From positions 4,154,001-4,218,000 of the forward strand of contig CM059433.1 in NCBI GenBank assembly GCA_030390025.1: a stretch of 64,000 bases of DNA. Reading direction: 5' to 3'. A model generated the notes under the pieces. That model ran no database searches and was not told the origin of the DNA. It saw only the letters and a list, made by a program, of their open reading frames with translations. Both the position numbers and the translations under genes were made by a program. The stretch comes from Squalus acanthias. Its lineage: Eukaryota. Below, in pieces: positions 59,354 to 64,000 of this stretch; within the stretch, counting starts at the first letter, position 1; each line of letters starts with the position of its first letter.

Positions 59354-62300
59354 TAAGAACATAAGAACATAAGAAATAGGAGCAGGAGTAGACCAATCGG
59401 CCCCTCGAGCCTGCTCCACCATTCAATGAGATCATGGCTGATCTGATCCAACCTCAACTCTAAAGAACACAAGAAGCAGGAGCAGGACCAGGCCACTCGG
59501 CCCCTGGGCCCGCTCTGCCACCCACAGGGCCTTGACCGATCCGAACTCAAACTCATGTCCAATTTCCAGCCCGCTCCCGGAACCCCTGATTCCCTTTACT
59601 TCTAGGAAACGGTCTATTTCTGTTTTAAATTTATTTAATGAAGTAGCTTCCACAGCTTCGTGGGGTAGCAAATTCCACAGAACCACTACCCTCTGAGTGA
59701 AAAAGTTTCTCCTCATCTCAGTTTTGAAAGAGGAACCCCTTATTCTAAGATTATGTCCCCTAGTTCTAGTTTCACCCATCATTGGGAACATCCTCACCGC
59801 GTCCACCCGATCAAGCCCCTTCACAAACTTATATGTTTCAATAAGATCGCCTCTCATTCTTCTGAACTCCAATGAGTAGAGTCCCAATCTACTCAACCTC
59901 TCCTCGTATGTCCACCCCCTCATCCCCAGAATTAACTGAGTGAACCTTCTTTGTACTGCCTCGAGAGCAAGTATGTCTTTTCTTAAGTATGGACACCAAA
60001 ACTGTATGCAGTACTCCAGGTGCGGTCTCACCAATACCCTATACAACTGCAGCAATACCTCCCTGTTTTTATATTCTATCCCCCTAGCAATAAAAGCCAA
60101 CATTCCATTGGCTTTCTTGATCACCTGCTGCACCTGCATACTAACTTTTTGATTTTCTTGCACCAAGACCCCCAGATCCCTTTGAACTGCAGTACTTTCC
60201 AGTTTCTCGCCATTAAGATAATAACTTGCTCTCTGATTTTTCCTGCCAAAGTGCATAACCTCACATTTTCCAATATTGTATTGCATCTGCCAAATCTCTG
60301 CCGACTCACCCAGCCTGTCTATATCCCCTTGTAGGTTTTTTATGTCCTCCTCACTCTCTACTTTCCCTCCCATCTTTGTATCATCTGCAAACTTTGATAT
60401 GTTACACTCGGTCCCCTCCTCCAAATCGTTAATATAGATTGTAAAGAGTTGGGGACCCAGCACCGACCCCTGCGGAACACCGCTGGCTACTGGTTGCCAG
60501 TCCGAGAATGAACCATTTATCCCAACTCTCTGCTTCCTGTTAGACAACCAATCCTCCACCCATGCCAGAATATTACCCCCAATCCAGTGATTTTTTATCT
60601 TGAGTAATAATCTTTTATGTGGCACCTTGTCGAATGCCTTCTGGAAGTCTAAATACACTACATCCACTGGTTCCCCTTTATCCACCCTGTACGTTATGTC
60701 CTCAAAGAACTCGAGCAAATTTGTCAGACATGATTTCCCCTTCATAAAGCCATGCTGACTTTGTCCTATTAAATTATGTTTATCTAAATGTTCCGTTACT
60801 GTCTCCTTAATAATAGACTCCAAAATTTTACCCACCACAGATGTTAGGCTAACTGGTCTATAATTTCCAGCCTTCTGCCTACTACCCTTTTTAAATAAGG
60901 GTGTTACATTAGCAGTTTTCCAATCTGCCGGGACCTTTGCTGAGTTCAGGGAGTTTTGGAAAATTATTACCAAAGCATCCACAATTCCTACTGCCACTTC
61001 TCTCAAGACCCTAGGATGTAAGCCATCAGGTCCAGGGGATTTATCCGCCTTGAGTCCCATTATTTTACTGAGTACCAATTCCTTAGTAATTTTAATCGTA
61101 TTTAGCTCCTCCCCCACTAGAGCCCCCTGTTTGTCCAGTGTTGGGATATTCTTAGTGTCCTCTACCGTAAAGACTGAAACAAAATATTTGTTCAGCATTT
61201 TTGCCATCTCCATGTTTCCCACCATTAATTTCCCGGTCTCATCCTCTAAGGGACCTACGTTTGCCTTAACCACCCTTTTTCTTTTTATATAACTATAGAA
61301 ACTCTTGCTATCTGTTTTTATATTTTTTGCTAATTTATTTTCATAGTCTATTTTCCCTTTCTTAATCAATCCTTTAGTTACTTTTTGTTGTCTTTTGAAG
61401 ACTTCCCAATCTTCTATCCTCCCACTAACTTTGGCTACCTTATATGTCCTTGTTTTTAGTTGGATACTTTCTTTAATTTCTTTACTTAGCCATGGATGGC
61501 TGTCATTTCTTTTACACCCTTTTTTCCTCAGTGGAATATATTTATTTTGAAAGTTGTAAAATAACTCCTTGAATGAACACCACTGCTCATGTACCGTCTT
61601 ACCCTTTAATCTATTTTCCCAGTCCACTTTAATCAATTCTGCTCTCATGCCATCATAGTCTCCTTTATTCAAGCTCAGTATGCTTGTTTGAGAACCAACC
61701 TTCTCACCCTCTAATTGGATATGGAATTCAACCATGTTATGGTCACTCATTCCAAGGGGATCCTTAACTAGGACATTATTAATTAATCCAGACTCATTAC
61801 ACAGTACCAGGTCCAAGGTTGCTTGCCCCCTTGTAGGATCAGTTACATACTGCTCAAGAAATCCATCCCTAAGACACTCAATAAACTCTTCCTCAAGGCT
61901 GCCCTGCCCAATTTGATTTGTCCAGGTAATATGATAGTTAAAATCCCCCATAATTATAGCTGTTCCCTTATTACATGCCCCAACTATTTCCTGATTAATA
62001 CTTCTTCCAACAGAGTTGCAACTATTAGGAGGCCTATATACTACGCCCACCAGTGTTTTTTTCCCCTTATTATTCCCAAACTGTTTCATTATCCTGATCT
62101 TTTGACCCAATATCATTTCTCTGTATTACAGTGATTCCTTTCTTTATTAACATAGCCACCCCCCCTCCCCTTCCTTCCTGCCTGTCCTTCCTGATTGTTA
62201 AATACCCTGGCATATTTAATTCCCAGACGTTGTCACCCTGCAGCCATGTTTCTGTAATGGCCACAAGATCATACCCATACATAGTTATTTGTGCCGTTAA

Positions 62301-62456
62301 CTCGTCCATTTTGTTACGAATGCTACGTGCATTCAGATAAAGAACTTTCAAATGTGTTTTGCGACACTTACTTCCTGCTTTTTCCTTATTTAACACTTTA
62401 CCTTTTACTCCATACCTTCTGTCCCTTCCTGACATGCTTTCCTCTGTCTCCCTGCT
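59354..62456 (-). mobile_element. Young CR1 with a near-intact ORF2
   Basis: APE start (LYLNARSIRNK, ITETW) in one frame, a single frameshift near 62070-62116, then an 894-aa ORF. Confidence 0.95.
59432..62116 (-). CDS. CR1 ORF2 (APE C-terminal half + RT), 894-aa open frame
   Basis: YRPP, GDFN, LDLV, SDHN, KSPGPDG, QHGF, GVPQGSVLGP, FADD and RPHLEYC. Confidence 0.82.
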   Translation of the reverse strand: MILGQKIRIMKQFGNNKGKKTLVGVVYRPPNSCNSVGRSINQEIVGACNKGTAIIMGDFNYHITWTNQIGQGSLEEEFIECLRDGFLEQYVTDPTRGQATLDLVLCNESGLINNVLVKDPLGMSDHNMVEFHIQLEGEKVGSQTSILSLNKGDYDGMRAELIKVDWENRLKGKTVHEQWCSFKELFYNFQNKYIPLRKKGCKRNDSHPWLSKEIKESIQLKTRTYKVAKVSGRIEDWEVFKRQQKVTKGLIKKGKIDYENKLAKNIKTDSKSFYSYIKRKRVVKANVGPLEDETGKLMVGNMEMAKMLNKYFVSVFTVEDTKNIPTLDKQGALVGEELNTIKITKELVLSKIMGLKADKSPGPDGLHPRVLREVAVGIVDALVIIFQNSLNSAKVPADWKTANVTPLFKKGSRQKAGNYRPVSLTSVVGKILESIIKETVTEHLDKHNLIGQSQHGFMKGKSCLTNLLEFFEDITYRVDKGEPVDVVYLDFQKAFDKVPHKRLLLKIKNHWIGGNILAWVEDWLSNRKQRVGINGSFSDWQPVASGVPQGSVLGPQLFTIYINDLEEGTECNISKFADDTKMGGKVESEEDIKNLQGDIDRLGESAEIWQMQYNIGKCEVMHFGRKNQRASYYLNGEKLESTAVQRDLGVLVQENQKVSMQVQQVIKKANGMLAFIARGIEYKNREVLLQLYRVLVRPHLEYCIQFWCPYLRKDILALEAVQRRFTQLILGMRGWTYEERLSRLGLYSLEFRRMRGDLIETYKFVKGLDRVDAVRMFPMMGETRTRGHNLRIRGSSFKTEMRRNFFTQRVVVLWNLLPHEAVEATSLNKFKTEIDRFLEVKGIRGSGSGLEIGHEFEFGSVKALWVAERAQGPSGLVLLLLLVFFRVEVGSDQP

Positions 62457-63270
62457 CAATACTGTTGCCCAATTTATTTTCCCAAGTTCTATTCTCAGCC
62501 CCTCAAAATCAGCTTTTCTCCAATCTATTACCATGATTTTCGTCATACTTATGTCCTTCTCAATTATCATCTTAAATCGTATTATGTTATGGTCACTATT
62601 GCCTAGATGTTCCCCTACTTTTACTTCTCTTATCTGCTCTGGTTCATTCCCCATTACTAGATCCAATAGCAAATCCTCCCTTGTTGGGCTTTTTACATAT
62701 TGGGTTAGAAAGGAGTCCCGTACACATTGTAGGAACTTCATTCCCTTATCCCCTTTACCTACCTCTTCTATCCAATTAATATCAGGGCAGTTGAAATCCC
62801 CCATGATTATTATTCTATGTTTTTTTACTAATTTCCCTAATTTGTCTGCATATTTCTTCCACCACCTCCCTTCCACTATTAGGTGGTCTGTAGACTACAC
62901 CTATTAGTGTGATTGATCCTTTATTACCTTTTATCTCTATCCATATGGATTCTATTTTTGTCTTGCTGATAGTTGTCACTTTTTTCTACTGCCATTATGT
63001 TATCCCTAATAAATACAACTACTCCACCTCCCCTTTTTCCTTCTCTAGCTTTTCTAAATATGTTATACCCTGCAATGTTTAATTCCCAGTCCTGATTTTT
63101 CTGCAGCCATGTCTCAGTAATCCCAATATGTCTGGTTCCTCACAACACATGATTGCCTCCAGCTCCCCCGTTTTATTACGGACACTGTGTGCATTGCTGT
63201 ACAGACAGTTTAACTCATTTTTAATAGGATTTCCTCTCACTTTATGTTTAACCATCTTTTTAGACTCCTG

Positions 63271-63369
63271 GGGAGAAAAATTGGGCTGCTTTGCGCCTCC
63301 CGTTAGCGCTAAAAGTAGCATCCCGGTGAAGTTAGCACCCCAAATGGTGCACTACTCAATTTTTAGTCC
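63271..63369. mobile_element. 99-bp Harbinger-type MITE
   Basis: TIRs gggagaaaaattg and ggactaaaaattg (rc), CTG/CTG TSD and 'ttagcgc' motifs. Confidence 0.75.
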
Positions 63370-63647
63370 CTGTTCTATAACTCTATTTATTCCCTTGCCA
63401 CCAATGACCTCCCTTACTTCATTCTTTCCTATGCTCTCTTTTCCTGTTTTGTTTATAATTAGGCTGGTTACGTTTCTTGTAGATCCGTTCCCCCATCTTA
63501 TTAATTTAAAGCCTTTGCCAACTCCCTATTTACCCTTTCCGCTTGGACACGGGTTCCATCCAGTTCAGGTGGAACCCGTCCCATCGGTACAGCTCCTTCC
63601 TGTCCCAGAACTGGTGCCAGTGTCCCATGAAAAGGAACCCCTCTTTC

Positions 63648-64000
63648 GAGTACAGGAGCAAGGATGTCTTGCTGCAGTTGTACAGGGCCTTGGTGAGACC
63701 ACACCTTGAATACTGTGTGCAGTTTTGGTCGCCTTATCTGAGGAAGGATGTTCTTGCCATGGAGGGAGTGCAGCGAAGATCCACCAGACTGATACCTGGG
63801 ATGGCAGGAATGACGTATGAAGAGAGATTGGGTCGATTAGGCTTATATTCGCTAGAGTTTAGAAGAATGAGAGGGGATCTCATTGAAACTTATAAAATTC
63901 TAACAGGACTAGACAGACTAGATGCAGGAAGGATGTTCCCGATGGCGGGGGAGTCCAGAACCAGGGGTCACAGTCTAAGGATAAGGGGTAAGCCATTTAG
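63648..64000 (+). mobile_element. CR1 ORF2 C-terminal fragment running off the window
   Basis: EYRSKDVLLQLYRALVRPHLEYCVQFWSP. Confidence 0.92.

Larger units (their letters stand above)
57838..63645 (-). mobile_element. Outer CR1 (57838-59350 plus 62457-63645), internally deleted and split by a younger CR1
   Basis: ORFs 57940..58665, 58681..58989 and 59008..59310, plus APE pieces in 62070..62876 and 63079..63321. Confidence 0.88.

Noticed and set aside
62070..62876. 268-aa ORF with permuted endonuclease motifs, suggesting a novel fusion
   Set aside because: It is a chance in-frame junction between the outer CR1 APE and the 5' end of the inserted CR1.

Overview
Eukaryotic (vertebrate) genomic DNA, most likely from a cartilaginous fish. 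That assignment is inferred from the repeat content: abundant CR1 LINEs, SacSINE1-like DeuSINEs and Penelope remnants. I could not identify a host protein-coding exon, so the window looks intergenic or intronic and is dominated by nested transposable elements. These include many CR1 copies (two close to a full ORF2), a second CR1/L2-group LINE family, L2 3' ends, seven DeuSINE copies, a decayed 3,974-bp autonomous-type PIF/Harbinger element (spliced Myb/SANT gene plus HARBI1-like transposase) with a swarm of GC-rich Harbinger-type MITEs, two pogo/Tigger-like MITEs, a hAT MITE, a Gypsy pol remnant, a 23-bp minisatellite and an (AG)n/(GATA)n microsatellite. The most notable non-ORF signal is four minimal hammerhead-ribozyme motifs in three Penelope-like fragments. 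Two of the motifs form a back-to-back pair in a 179-bp palindrome, and all three fragments lie inside Harbinger MITEs. Nearly all listed ORFs are TE fragments or repeat artefacts. No CRISPR or prokaryote-type system is present, and I found no convincing wholly new system.
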